From assembly GCA_043228905.1 (NCBI GenBank), contig JBHGNT010000003.1, forward strand, positions 6,758,001-6,822,000: a stretch of 64,000 nucleotides of DNA. The letters run 5' to 3'. Under the pieces are notes generated by a model, which saw only the letters and a list, made by a program, of their open reading frames with translations, was not told the DNA's origin and searched no databases. Positions 39,301-51,340 of the stretch are shown here, one piece after another; within the stretch, counting starts at the first letter, position 1; the number at the start of each line of letters is the position of its first letter. The translations under genes and the position numbers were made by a program. This stretch comes from Azolla caroliniana. Taxonomy: Eukaryota; Plantae; Polypodiophyta.

Positions 39301-42300
39301 TGACTTCACACCAAGGTTGGCACTTAAGTCATCAAGACAATTGGCTGAAAATGGAGACATTCATTGTTGGTATGCTGAAATGCAGCAATGGTTTGAGTCA
39401 CACGCCATAAGTATAAATGCACTATCCCCGGTCCAATATAGCTTGGACTCTCCCCATCTAATTATGACCAAAGTGGAAAAGAACAGAGTGATCCAAACTG
39501 ATATTATTAACTTTGAAAACAAGATAACATGGATCAGCCCCAACATATCACTTGGTATGAAGATGACCCACTACAAGACACACTTTTTACACACATCGGA
39601 GAATGGATTCATCATCAAGCCACCTTATATGGACATACATCTATCCTATGCGTTGCACAGTGTGATAGGGCAGTCGCAAACTTCATCATATCAGTTAGAG
39701 ATTGAGGTAGGTAGATATACATGAATACTGCTAGAAGAAAGAATTTGCCAATTGTGTCATCAAGGAGTGAAATCCGAAGAACACTATGTTTGTCATTGTA
39801 CTGTCTTTTATGAAATCAATGAGAGATACCATTGCCTCTTTGAACAAGGCTTTGGCCCGCCACGCAAGGTAATGGAATATGAGGACCAACGGTGCCTAGG
39901 AATTTTCTTGCTAGAACTCAAGAGACATAGGGAAAAGTTGTTGATTGACAATAATACAGCCACACAAGCTTATCCACAAAGAACAATCACAACTTTCTGT
40001 AGCCCCATCACTCCTAATGCGACAAGTCAATCAAGGGATACACAAATGGGCTGCCAACCAAGACATAACAAAGGGGCTACAATAGATCATACAATAGCAA
40101 TTTGTCATGCACGTAGGCCCCAAACCCATGGACCATGACTTCAACACCCTTGTCATTGATAGATAAAGGCCACTATCTCCTACCATTGCAGGTGATTCCC
40201 TTGCTTCAGAGACCTCTCCATTCTAGATTGACCTATGCCAGAGATCTTTCAAAGACAAAAGTTATAATATATCTAACTTCAGAATCTCACATGTGCTGAA
40301 AACCAGATTCCCTCTTCTCTTTTTATCTTATTTGCTTTTATATCTACTGGCGAGATACTAAAAAACGAACAAGAGCAAAATCTGCTCATTGGCTTGGGTG
40401 TTAGACATCAAGAAATGGTTTAAAAGATGTGGATTGTAACATTATTGGAGCTCCCAACTGATGCTATGAAGTTTGTAATCATCAAAGGAAGGGTAATGGA
40501 GGCATTGAAGACAAAATGGCAAGATACTAAAAGTTCAAAACTGCAATGTGACATTCAAAACATCAACCCTGAATGCTGGACCCAGTACAAGGGAAGAGTG
40601 CTAGAAAGCATCGAAGCACATCATAATACATACCACACCCATGAGTCCTCGTGCACGAAGAGCCCTTTCACTTCTTCGAACTTGCTTGCACGAGTTAGGC
40701 ATGGAGGTAGCATCATCGTGTCAAAAAACAAGAAGGATGAAGATATGCAGTAAAGAGAATGACTCTCACTTCTCATTTGCTTAGCATATAATGCAATTCA
40801 TAAAATTATGAAGACTTGTTAAGGGGGTGTGGTATCATGGGTGCCATACTCAAAGCACCACATAGAAGGTTGGACACATATGTCTGTACAAAGTAGGATA
40901 TAGGACAGAGACATACAATGTAAATTCCAGTCCCATGAGTGTAAGTTGGCCTCTTCATGGGCAATCACAACTTTCTTTAGCCCCATCACTCCTACTAATA
41001 CTCTGGCCCCATGGACCACGATATCACCACCCTTTTCAGTGACGGATAAAGACCATTATCTCCCGTCATCGCAGGTGCTTCCCTCGCTTCGGAGACCTGT
41101 CCATTCTGGATTGTTCTATGCTTGAGATCTTTGGAAGACAAAAGTTATAATATATCTGACTTGAAAATCTTACATGTGCCGATAACAAGATTCTTTAGTC
41201 TCTTTTTATCTTATTTGCTCTTTTTCTTCTACATAGTAACATTTATTTTATTTTGATTTGTTGTTCCAAAGATGAGACAACACTTAAGATGTAATCTCTT
41301 GTTTGGTCTTATAGGCCATTTTGGCCTCTTAAAAGACGTTAATATATATCTTTCACTGTGTCTTTGTGGCTGGGGTTTTACACCATAGAATCAAAGTCAC
41401 AAAATTGAGATAACCAAAGTTCAATCCTCAACATGGGCTTGGCCCACCCCATCCCTGAGATCGTATTTGTATCCCATGGTCGTCAATTATATATCTATTT
41501 ATCTCAGATGCATGCACTTATTGCTGTCTTATAAAGGTAAAGGTATTCTTTTTAGCATTGATGTGGAGGTTTTGCGTTCCTTCACAAAATTATCACGTTA
41601 TTGTTTTTATTAAGAGAAATTTGGCTTTGATTTTTTTAGGACAGTGGGAGACAAACAATCATTCTGACAGACCTGGCCATTGGAAAGAAGGTGACAATTG
41701 GGATGGTTGGAATACAAATAGAAGTCTTGAGTTTGAGAATATAATGACATGGGATGATTCAGGTGCTGTCGAGGCTTATCACATTTCAAATGAGCGCCAC
41801 AAGGCCTTTTCAAGGGGTTTAAAATATCCGATCCCTCTCCCTGGTCCTGATCTCTACATCCAAACCATAGATTGGGATATCCATGAATCGTTTGAATTAC
41901 CAGACTCAGGTGAAACCACTTTAGAAACGGAGGAGAGAAGTGGGCAGAGGAAGAGGGGCAGGAGGGGTTTTAAGGGTGATAAGAGAGGAAATAAGCAATT
42001 TAATAAGCAAGATGATGAATCCTCTCATTGGAAACAAGCAAACCGACTGGCCAGTGAAAGTGGCCAGCCGCAAGCTGTGAGTGGATGGGGGCGAGACATA
42101 TATAGGGGCTCCTCTAAGGCTGAAATATCTAGACAGGAAATGTATCATACCACACCAAATGCTGAAAGACAAGAAAGGCATGATGGAGAGAGATATTATG
42201 GTGCATCAGGTCCAGCTTTTATGGAAAGACCCTCGTATTGGAGCCATACAGATAGGTTCAAGACCCCCCAAGAATCACAATGGCAGCACCCAATAAGCTA

Positions 42301-43005
42301 TAATTATTCCCCACAAAACCACTATAATTACCGATGGCAACAGCAAAACATCTCTGGAGATATACCACGAGGATGGTCATCACCACTGGTGAAAGGTGTC
42401 CGTGAGAGTCATGAAGGCGTCAATCCGCATTATCGTTATCAAGTTGGGCAGACTTCCTCAGGTGGCAGATTACATGCTGAATTTATTTTGGGTTGTATAA
42501 AGCCTAATATTCCAGTTTGTTTACCTATTCTAAATTGGATCCTAGTGTTGTGCATGAACCATTTAATGTCATATTTCGGATTCTGCAGTGCTATATTTCA
42601 GATGGCTAAGTGTCATATCTTCGACCAATCATTTGGTATCATACGTCTGATACTTTAATGCTATAGTTAGGATGTTCAATGTTATATCTCGAATCATTCA
42701 ATCTTATGTTTCTGATTATTTCATGCCTTAATTTGGATCCTGTCGTTATTTTATTTTGGTTTGTTTAATCTTATATTTTGTATCATTCAGTGTTATAGTT
42801 TGGATCCTGCAGTGTTTTACCTTTGAGTCATGTATTTGGTATGTTTCATATAATGCTACATAAAAATGATGAGCTGAAAATGAGGATTTTGACTCCAGGA
42901 GATGAATGGGCAGGGCAATATGGATCAAACAATCAAGTATTCAAACCATATGGGCAATCTAGCAGAGGACAGAGACATTTGCATCCGGCTCCAGGCCCAT
43001 GGTAA
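33184..43005 (+). CDS. Plant-specific uncharacterised protein (WDDS..LP.PD.YI..IDW motif family)
   Basis: Well-supported exons 41640-42461 and 42899-43005 (phase 1, stop TAA), containing NIMTWDDSGAVEAY..IPLPGPDLYIQTIDWD. Tentative phase-compatible upstream exons: 33184-33256 (MQGNWGWD..) and 34066-34152. Confidence 0.65.
33316..33396. repeat. (TAAA)n microsatellite
   Basis: Directly visible. Confidence 0.98.
35400..36200 (+). mobile_element. Decayed LINE ORF2 3' fragment (intronic)
   Basis: PYTLLFLEMGSHPFEIMAMERVVKYMLKVQKRPSHRLPRISCEAS, followed by a degenerate 'SH.L.CE.G.W' region. Confidence 0.6.
39200..41225 (+). mobile_element. Cluster of LINE 3' fragments (intronic)
   Basis: QTSSYQLEIEVGRY..RICQLCHQGVKSEEHYVCHC (ORF2 C-terminal CCHC region). 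The 3' end occurs twice (about 39985-40337 and 40965-41220), with a probable inverted piece between them. Confidence 0.8.
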
Positions 43006-44699
43006 TGGTTTGTCACAAGAGTTACGGGAGCTGTCTTGAAGTGGGTTCACGTATGAAGTATCAGGTGGCTAGCCCATATATATATATTTGAATGGGATGT
43101 CTATTCTATTGTAAATTAAGTCTGTTAAATTTAGTGAATTTTGCTACTTGCACATGCAGATTGAGTGGCTATGTTATTCCCTGTAAAAATAAATAAATAA
43201 AGCATACATAGTACACTGAATTAGTCTACACATTAATGATGATTTGCTTCAATAAGAATAATGGCAGACTGACTGTATATAAGAGATGTTACCTATACTA
43301 TGGATTTTTGTTCGTAAAAATGTGAACTTAAGAAGTTAGGACACATGTTGGTCCTTGTCAAGGAATGTTGTATGTTGTATTTGCACATCTGTGGATAACG
43401 TGAAGGTTATTAGAACACTTAAATAGTTGATATACTACCTTTGAATGAAAATCCATTGAAGTCTATTAGTTGTCTTTGTTTGATAATGTAGGATTGTTAT
43501 ATGAATAAGCGTTGATCTTATGTAGAAGCCTCTAGGTCCATCATAGCTTGTAAAGGAAGGTGTTGTATATTTGAAAGGGATTTGTTTTTTATCTTGATGT
43601 ATTTTGCTTCTTGATGAGCTTTGTGTAACGACAATTTACTGTTTGTGACACGAGAGCATTTTTGGTAAGGTTCATTTCTATGCAAAGGCCAAATTTAAAT
43701 TTACTCAAGCATATGAATGAAGCATGATTGAAGTTCTAGATGCTCATTGATCTAGATTTGAGATAAAACCATTTCGGTAGTCTTTTCAGACTCTGGATGG
43801 AATGCAAAAGATGTCTTTGTGATTCTTGTTCATAATCCAACTGTTGTGAAGATTGTTGAGGTAAATAAAAATGCATTTGCTGCTTTCATGTTTAGATGAC
43901 TCCTCATAACGGGTATCGGTTTTTCACTGAGTGTAGAATATATGTGACTATGAGTCGTATGTATGCATAATAACAAAGCTAGTAAATCATTCTCATACAC
44001 AACTTCTGGAGTATAGTCGTTTTGAGAAGCAGAGACATGTTAGTACATTGAACCGTTTTTTTGGCTGAATTGACTCAAGAAGCTTTTTTTCTATGAAGAA
44101 CAAGTAAACTTCTCTAAAACAAAAGGTTGATCAGTTGGGTAATAATGTTCTCATGGAAGACACAATAATTGTTCCTATGGATGATATAATATCTAAAGTG
44201 AAATTGGAAGATGTATTATTTTTCTTCAAGTGTTATGAAGCTTCAGATTTGTTGGTGTGCGAGAATGTTTGATATTCATATCTGAAACTGTGTTATGGAA
44301 GGAAATTGAATGGTGTCTAATCACAGGTCACTATTTCTCCTTTTACTGTTGAAGATCAAATCAATATTAGAATCATATGAATTTCATTTGCTACTATTTG
44401 AGTTTGTAGATGTAAATTTGTCTTCTTGTAATTCTAGTGATTCTAACAAATGATATAAATTGCACCAATGATAGAACAAGTCTCGTTTCAACCAAAACGT
44501 TGATATCATCTTTCTATCATTCTTTCTAAATGGTAGCCTTGTGCTCACAAAACCAGCTGCTTGAAATGTATATTTTAGGTACTTGCAGCAAATTAAAGTT
44601 GGATTGAAATATGAACTACTATATTGGAATGAACCTATGGCAATGGTTAAACTTGAGTTCTGTAAAGAATTTATGTCTTTTAATGGTGCCATGACGCCA

Positions 44700-44960
44700 A
44701 CTTGAGAGGGAGAGAAAAGAGTGGTATCATTATAGTGTTTCACATATATTAATTAATATAATGGTATGTTTTCACACATGCACAAACAAAACATTATGGT
44801 TGGGGGTCTTTCTTCATTATGGTTATCATTTCAAGCAAAGTTCTTTGTTTGGAGACTATTGATAGGGGGACTTATCAAGATTAGCTCTAAAAAGACATGG
44901 AGTAGCAACACACAATTATATCTTTTGCATAGTTCAAGTGGAAGATAGTACTCATTGTTT
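44700..44960 (+). mobile_element. Short LINE fragment related to 48171-49864
   Basis: LSFQAKFFVWRLLIGGL resembles LPFHAKVFIRRVMIGGL. Confidence 0.65.
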
Positions 44961-44999
44961 CTATCCTTATAGTTCAAGTCGTCAACTATGCTTATATGT

Positions 45000-46157
45000 T
45001 ATCTTGAGTTCATAGGTGTGTTAATCAGCAAAGAGACGGAGAAAAAGTATCCTTTGCAAGATAGGGAAGAGCATACCAACATTCAAGTCATGATAGTGAT
45101 ATACAACATCGTCTAGTAGCAAATTGCTGGTTCATCCTTTTGTCCTTTGGGGCAAATCAATTTAGTTTTTTTGTTCGTTGTCTTGGCTCACTCAATTAGC
45201 CCCACCTAGATTGCATAAATTCCCATAGGGTTGCAACATGGAACCTCGCCAAGTCTAATGTTTCTTTCGAACTTGATTACCAAACCATAGGGGATAAATT
45301 TAAGATTTATTAATGGTGCTTTGTTTAGGCACATTAGAGTTAAATGATATCCTCCTTTTTGTAAAGGGTAAAAAATCTAGAGAAATATTGAAATTACCAC
45401 AAAACAAAATGGCATTCCAAAAATTAGAGGATGTCGTGAATGCAACCAAAGGAAAAGTAAAGCAAGACAATCACCTTTTCGTAATCTTCGAATTTTGTTT
45501 ATTGTTGTCCTCTTACTATTAGTGTCTCCAAAGCTAGCTTCAAACTCCTTTATAAATCCTTCAAAATATTCTAATAGTGGTGACTCCTTCTCCAAGAGTG
45601 GTGCAAACCATGCTAACGCAGTACCGGTTAACAAGCTACCAACCAGTCCCACATGAGCAACATCTGTTGGGTAACGACTAAGATGTAATTTAATCACAAG
45701 TCGTACCTGATTTAAAAATCCATGAAACCGAGACCTTGTACCATCAAACGGCCGGAAGACTAATCTTTGGTTCTCTTGATGGGGTTTGAACTTCCGCTGT
45801 ATGTCATTGGAGTAGACTAGTCTCCAATTGATGCACTTGTTGAGAGAAATCTTTATATTGTTGTTCTTCTCAACACTTGTTGTAGGTTCCCAAGCAGTCT
45901 TTGATTTTCTTGCTCCAATGCCACGAACTTAGTTGTTAGCATGTCGAGCTCAGACAATATGCGCATATATTCTTGCTTGCCCACAGGCTCCATAGTTATG
46001 AGAGAAATTTGCGAGATTTCTTGAATAAGAAAGATAAGAAGAAGAAGTTGGAGAAGAAGAAAGAAGATTCGGTTCCAACTGTCGTGACTTGAGAGCAGGA
46101 GAGAGAGAGAGAATAGAAGAAAGATGATGATAGATGAGAGAGAGGAGAGAGAGAGAG
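45000..46157 (-). mobile_element. Ty3/Gypsy gag region
   Basis: ATG at 45993; RFHGFLNQVRLVIKLH..VGLVGSLLTGTALAWFAPLLEK..FEASFGD (retrotransposon gag domain). Confidence 0.8.
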
Positions 46158-47651
46158 ATGAAGCAACCACCTTGGTTGAATCGAACTTGCATCCCTTGCT
46201 CCACAATTTGGCCGACCAAGACCAAATTCTTCGTTATGGTGGGTACATGTAAGACATTTTTGATGCAGGTTTGTTCGCCGTCTTTCCTGAATGGGACATT
46301 GCTGACATGCCAAATCAAATGAGTGGTGTCGTCTCCGGTCTCGACATAACCGGGTCAATCCGGCTCTCGTAAGTCTCGGAACCATTCTTGATGGGATGTC
46401 ATATGGTTCGAGGCACTAGAGTCGACAAACCATACATCTTCCGGATTCGAGGCATTAGTCGAAGTAGAGGCCGACATAGAATTTGCTCTATGTCTCATCA
46501 TGAACATTCCGACATAGTCTTCATAATCGGAGTTGGTGGCGTAATTTGTGAGTTGTCGGCTTGTGGAAGCCGACTCATGCTTCTTCCTTCGACACTCTTC
46601 TTCATGATGGCCAATTTTTCCACAATATCCGCATTCGATCGAGGTTTGTCGGCTCGGACCGGAATGTAAGCTCCCCCTTCTTCCAAAGGTTCCTCGATGG
46701 CTTCTGTCTTGTTGCTGAAGTTGGGAGTTGTTGTCGTAAGTCGGACCTCGTCTGCCTCGTCCTTGGCCGAATCGGCCTCTTGGTTGACTGTGTCCTCTTC
46801 CTCCATTTGAATGTGTGTAGAGCATGTGGCCTTCCGAGGTGTTGCTCCTTGTTCGAACATGGTTTTGTTCAACCAACAACATGGATTGAAGATCGAAGAA
46901 AGAGGGAGGATTCTCCATTGCTAGGACGACGGTTCTCATCGTGCCGAACCGTGGTGCAAGGCCGCCGAGGCATATTTGCACCATCTCATCATCATCCATA
47001 TTGACGCTTATTGAGCTGAGCGAGTCACAAAGCTCCTTGATCTTCAAGGTGTAGCTTGTGATGGACATGTCCCGTTGTTGGATGTTGTTCAACTCTTGGT
47101 GGAGTTGAAGCTTTCGTGCTGTCGTATTGGCGGCAAATATTTTCCTTATATTCTCCCATGCTTCCTTTGGCGTTGTGGCTTCTCGAATGTAGTCGAGCAT
47201 GTGATCATGAACACATGTCGCCAAACAATACATTACTCAACTCGCCGCTTGCTCCCATGTTGAGTAGTCGACGTCCTTTGGGCCAGGTCAATTTTCTTGT
47301 GCTCCTTTGATGTAGCTCCAATAACCTTGACCGACAAGGTATTGGTGCAGCTTGTATTCCCAAGATGCGAAGTTGTTTTGGTCCAACCTCTCGCTAGGGA
47401 GAGCGCTCCCCATTTGAGTATTCCTAGTGTTCGATGTAGATTTCTTCCTTCTTCTTTTCTCTTGAATACGAGCTATGTAGCCGCACTACGATAACGATGA
47501 GCTGGTTCTTCTTGAACGTCAGCGTAGAGCACAACACACACGGATGGGCTAGATCGAGCTACCAAACCGCTCTGATACCATGTAAAGAATCGATGGTGAT
47601 TCTTGTGCAGTGGAATAGGTTAGAGATGTGTGTGTTGTGTGTGTGTGTGTG

Positions 47652-47737
<86 letters not shown>

Positions 47738-48016
47738 CAAGATAGATAGAATAGACAATGGAAAATACTCAAGAAGATTGTATGTTACAAAGGAGATTAA
47801 CCGACCTATTACAAAGTAGGAGAAGAGTGTTTTATATAGTCACTCTCTCTCTTCATTAACTACCGAAGTTCATGAGTCATGGGAAATTTGGAAACTCATT
47901 GTTATGTGTCATAGTTAATGTGTGAAGAGTAGTGATGTGACTTTTGACCTTTGAGTGTTCATACACTCTCAAGGGTATGTTCATACACTAGGCTAGGTTG
48001 AGCTTGATTCTCAACA
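46158..48016 (-). mobile_element. 3'-truncated Copia element: 5' LTR (47581-48016), tRNA-iMet PBS, gag and protease
   Basis: LTR TG..CA; PBS TGGTATCAGAGC at 47569-47580; ORF 46355-47233 with gag, zinc knuckle CGYCGKIGHHEEEC and WFVDSSASNHMT. Confidence 0.93.
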
Positions 48017-48119
48017 GTGGATATACAAAATGTTCTTCTTTGTCATGTAGGGGTTATTACAACACTCTAACCCGGCCACAACTGAATGCTTAGAGTTTTT
48101 GTCTATGCTGACATATGAC

Positions 48120-48170
<51 letters not shown>

Positions 48171-48173
<3 letters not shown>

Positions 48174-49861
48174 GAACCTTGTGTAATCACTGACCCTCGC
48201 CATCCCAAACATTCCAAATCACTCTCCGTACAAGAAATAAGGCGAGACTTCCATTGGGTTATCCATTGGGTATTGATGTTACAAATGTTCAATTGATTGA
48301 TTGGATTGGTAGTAAATTGAGGGACAAATTTATGTATTGGAAGTCTCAATTATGGCCCTTTCATGTATGACTCAAAGTGGTGCAATGTATCTTGATACCC
48401 ATGTTATTATATTTTTTGCCTTTACTTCCTTGGACTAAGAAGGCATTACAAAGCATGTTACAACCTATTCAGTTCATGTTGTGGCAGAAGGGAGAAATGA
48501 TGGGAGTTACATGGATTTCATGGGACCATTTGGCTACTCCTAAAAGGTTAGGTGGTGCAACAATATTGGATTTGGAAAGGTATTTGATGGCTCATAGATT
48601 TACATTATTACAAGATATATGTCAACAAGATCAACCATGGATATCTATGATGCAATATTTTATTGAGCATGAAGGATTGGTGCATGGGAAAACAAAGATT
48701 CAAGCATCATGGTGGTCACTACTGAATGGAAACATTCCTTTAAGAGATTCAACATTTTGTATGTGGACAACATTTGGTAAGATCATGGCAAGATGCATTA
48801 TCTCTTTTTGAATGGGGACCATCAAGTGATCGAGAATATTGTAATTCATTACAAAACGGATTGCTTGTTTCTTCTTGAGTGTTGTTTTGGCATGGGAAAG
48901 AGAAGTTGCGATCTCAATTCAATTGTTTATTTCGATTGGGGATTGTACATTTGGAAGATGTGGTTGATAATGAATCTGAAAGGTTGTCGGATTTTGAAGA
49001 TGCCAAGAAATGGTTATGTATTCCCCCAAGTTATGGATTTATTTGGGAGAAATTACATGATATACCATTGTTGCAAGGATCTTTGCCATTGAAAACCAAT
49101 TTTACACCTAGGGTAGATTGGCGGTTACAAGATGGTACACGCTTGTTACAGGTCACTACAAATGTATTGTATCATCATGTGATGACATCATTATCTTGGT
49201 TATCTCCTAAAGCAACGAAAGTGTGGAATGTATATAAGTCAGATGCAAGGTGGTGGAAAATATTACAACATGGTTGGCATTCCCATCTACCATTTCATGC
49301 AAAGGTATTCATACGGAGAGTCATGATTGGTGGGCTCCCATTAGGTTCGGCCTTAAAGAGACGAGAACCAGGGTCTGGCACTTGTTTCTTTTGCACCGTT
49401 CCATTGGAGGATAGTACTCATAGGTTCATTAAATGTCCTATAGCGTGTACCATTTGGAAGTACTTATCGGACATTTGGCAAGTTTTAACCCGTTGTTGTT
49501 TGAGACCTCAACAATGGGTTTTCTCTCAATATGTTCAAAATGGATCAAATGATGAGATGGAGATATTGTTCCAATTTTTACGTTATTGGGGTCTACAACA
49601 CAAATGGAATATGCGTAATGCTTTCATGTTTGATAATAGACATGGGGTGAAAGCCTATATAAAGAAGCTTAAAGGTATTCTCATGTGGAATTTTTGGATG
49701 TTAGAGCATGTGGGGATCATTTCCTCAAATGCATATTCAGGTTTTTTAGTAGCATTCTAGAACGTCCCTCTCCCTACATAAGCATATGATAGGTAGAGGA
49801 GACTAAGAAGTGTTGTAACAAAGTGGATTTTACATACAATTAATATAATTGTGTGCTTTTA

Positions 49862-49864
<3 letters not shown>
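48171..49864 (+). mobile_element. 5'-truncated L1/Tx1-like LINE with an inverted 5' segment, flanked by (AG)n
   Basis: Sense part: LGYPLGI, ISWDHLATPKRLGG and zf-RVT CFFC..EDSTHRFIKC. Antisense part 48171-48256: WKSRLISCTESDLECLGWRGSVITQGSI. (AG)n at 48124-48170 and 49865-49902. Confidence 0.85.
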
Positions 49865-49902
<38 letters not shown>

Positions 49903-49906
<4 letters not shown>

Positions 49907-50208
49907 CCTTTAGCCATCACCGACAGCCACAACTATATGACCACAATCCCCAACTCACTCTCTAACTACCTATTTGCCCTAGCTATATTTATACTTACAT
50001 ACTTATATCTCTATTTACAAATATAGTCCACAATAGGCACATTAAAGCTATTTACAAATATAGCCTAGTCAAATGAGTCTGATTCGACTACTAGCCGAAT
50101 CAGCCGAATCGATTTGGACAAGCTAGCTATCATCCGACTCTTTAGTCTATCTGCTTCGACCGATCCGGTTGGTTCTCCATCCCATTCAGAGGGACTGGAT
50201 TCTCAACA
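49903..50208 (-). mobile_element. LTR segment, probably the host LTR interrupted by the LINE
   Basis: Ends in TCTCAACA; homologous to 26150-26394. Confidence 0.7.
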
Positions 50209-50671
50209 TGATGAAGACGATTAATTCTTGAACTTATAAATATACATTTTGTATTTCTTGCATAATTTGTAATTTTTGACATACGATTTGATGCAAAAAA
50301 CTCAGTGTGAAGTGTTTACTTATTTGGCATAATTCTTGTGCATTTGCCAATTATTGAGAGAGTTGTTGAACAAATGAGAGAGCAAAATCCTCGTACACTA
50401 AGAAATAAAATAAAATAGCTCGAGAATTGGCCCCTAAGCACAACTAGAGGCGGAGAACAAGCCACGAAGCATAGTAAGTGAGCAAGTAGAGAGCAAGGGA
50501 GAGTTAAGGTATTGCCTTTTGAATCTTTCTATCTTTCTGTCTATCTATGCATCGCAAACACGTCATGCTAACATCGGGCAAAGCATATAATGTAACATGG
50601 CCCCTATCCTATAATAGTGACACCTAAAATCATGTATTTATAAATCTATGTATGCACGATTGTGTATATAT

Positions 50672-51340
50672 TGTCGAGAAATGAATCATCAATCCACAAG
50701 AAAGAGAATACGTTGAAATATACAACTCTGAAACATAGAAAATAGTGTACACAGATTTAACGTGAAAACCCTAAAACGGGAGAAAAACCATGGAGAACGG
50801 AGCTTCACTATACAATGGATATACAATGACGAGATTGGAGTACAACACTCTCTACACATAGTGTAAAACAGCCTCGCAGGGCTTTTGGCGTATGCTGTTT
50901 CTGAACACAGCTATGACGCCGCCCGCTCTCTCACCTCACGTTCACACACACTCTCTTCTCTGTCGCACTACTCTACAGAGACTCACACACTATTCTCTTC
51001 TACCTCGCTACATGTGTCTGCCCTAAGTGCATTTATACTTATACACTGTATGGGCTATTTACAAATGTAGCCACCATTCCTATTATTATCTAATATTAAT
51101 AATAGTCTTACTAATCAAATGACTCATCTGTCGACTGTCGGAACGGTCCGACTAGTCGGGCTAGTCATCGACCATCCGTTCAGCCCGACTAGTCGGTCGT
51201 GTCTTCGAACTCGATCAGCTCTCTCTGAGTCGACTCCTCAATCGTCGGTTCTCATCCGATCAATCGGTTGCTCCCTGTCTTTGACTGTCGGCTCTCTCCT
51301 AGCAGTCGGCTCCTCCCACTGGATGGACATATTCCTAACA
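50672..51340 (-). mobile_element. Solo LTR (Copia family related to 24060-24740)
   Basis: TG...CA ends; 5-bp TSD TATAT on both sides; reverse complement starts TGTTAGGAATATGTCC..GTGGGAGGAGCC like the LTR at 24060. Confidence 0.9.

Noticed and set aside
41558-42658. 366-aa single-exon gene
   Set aside because: Both ends read through intron-like sequence; splice sites at 41640 and 42461 fit better.
46355-47233. Host RGG/zinc-knuckle protein
   Set aside because: It is Copia gag-protease downstream of an LTR and PBS.
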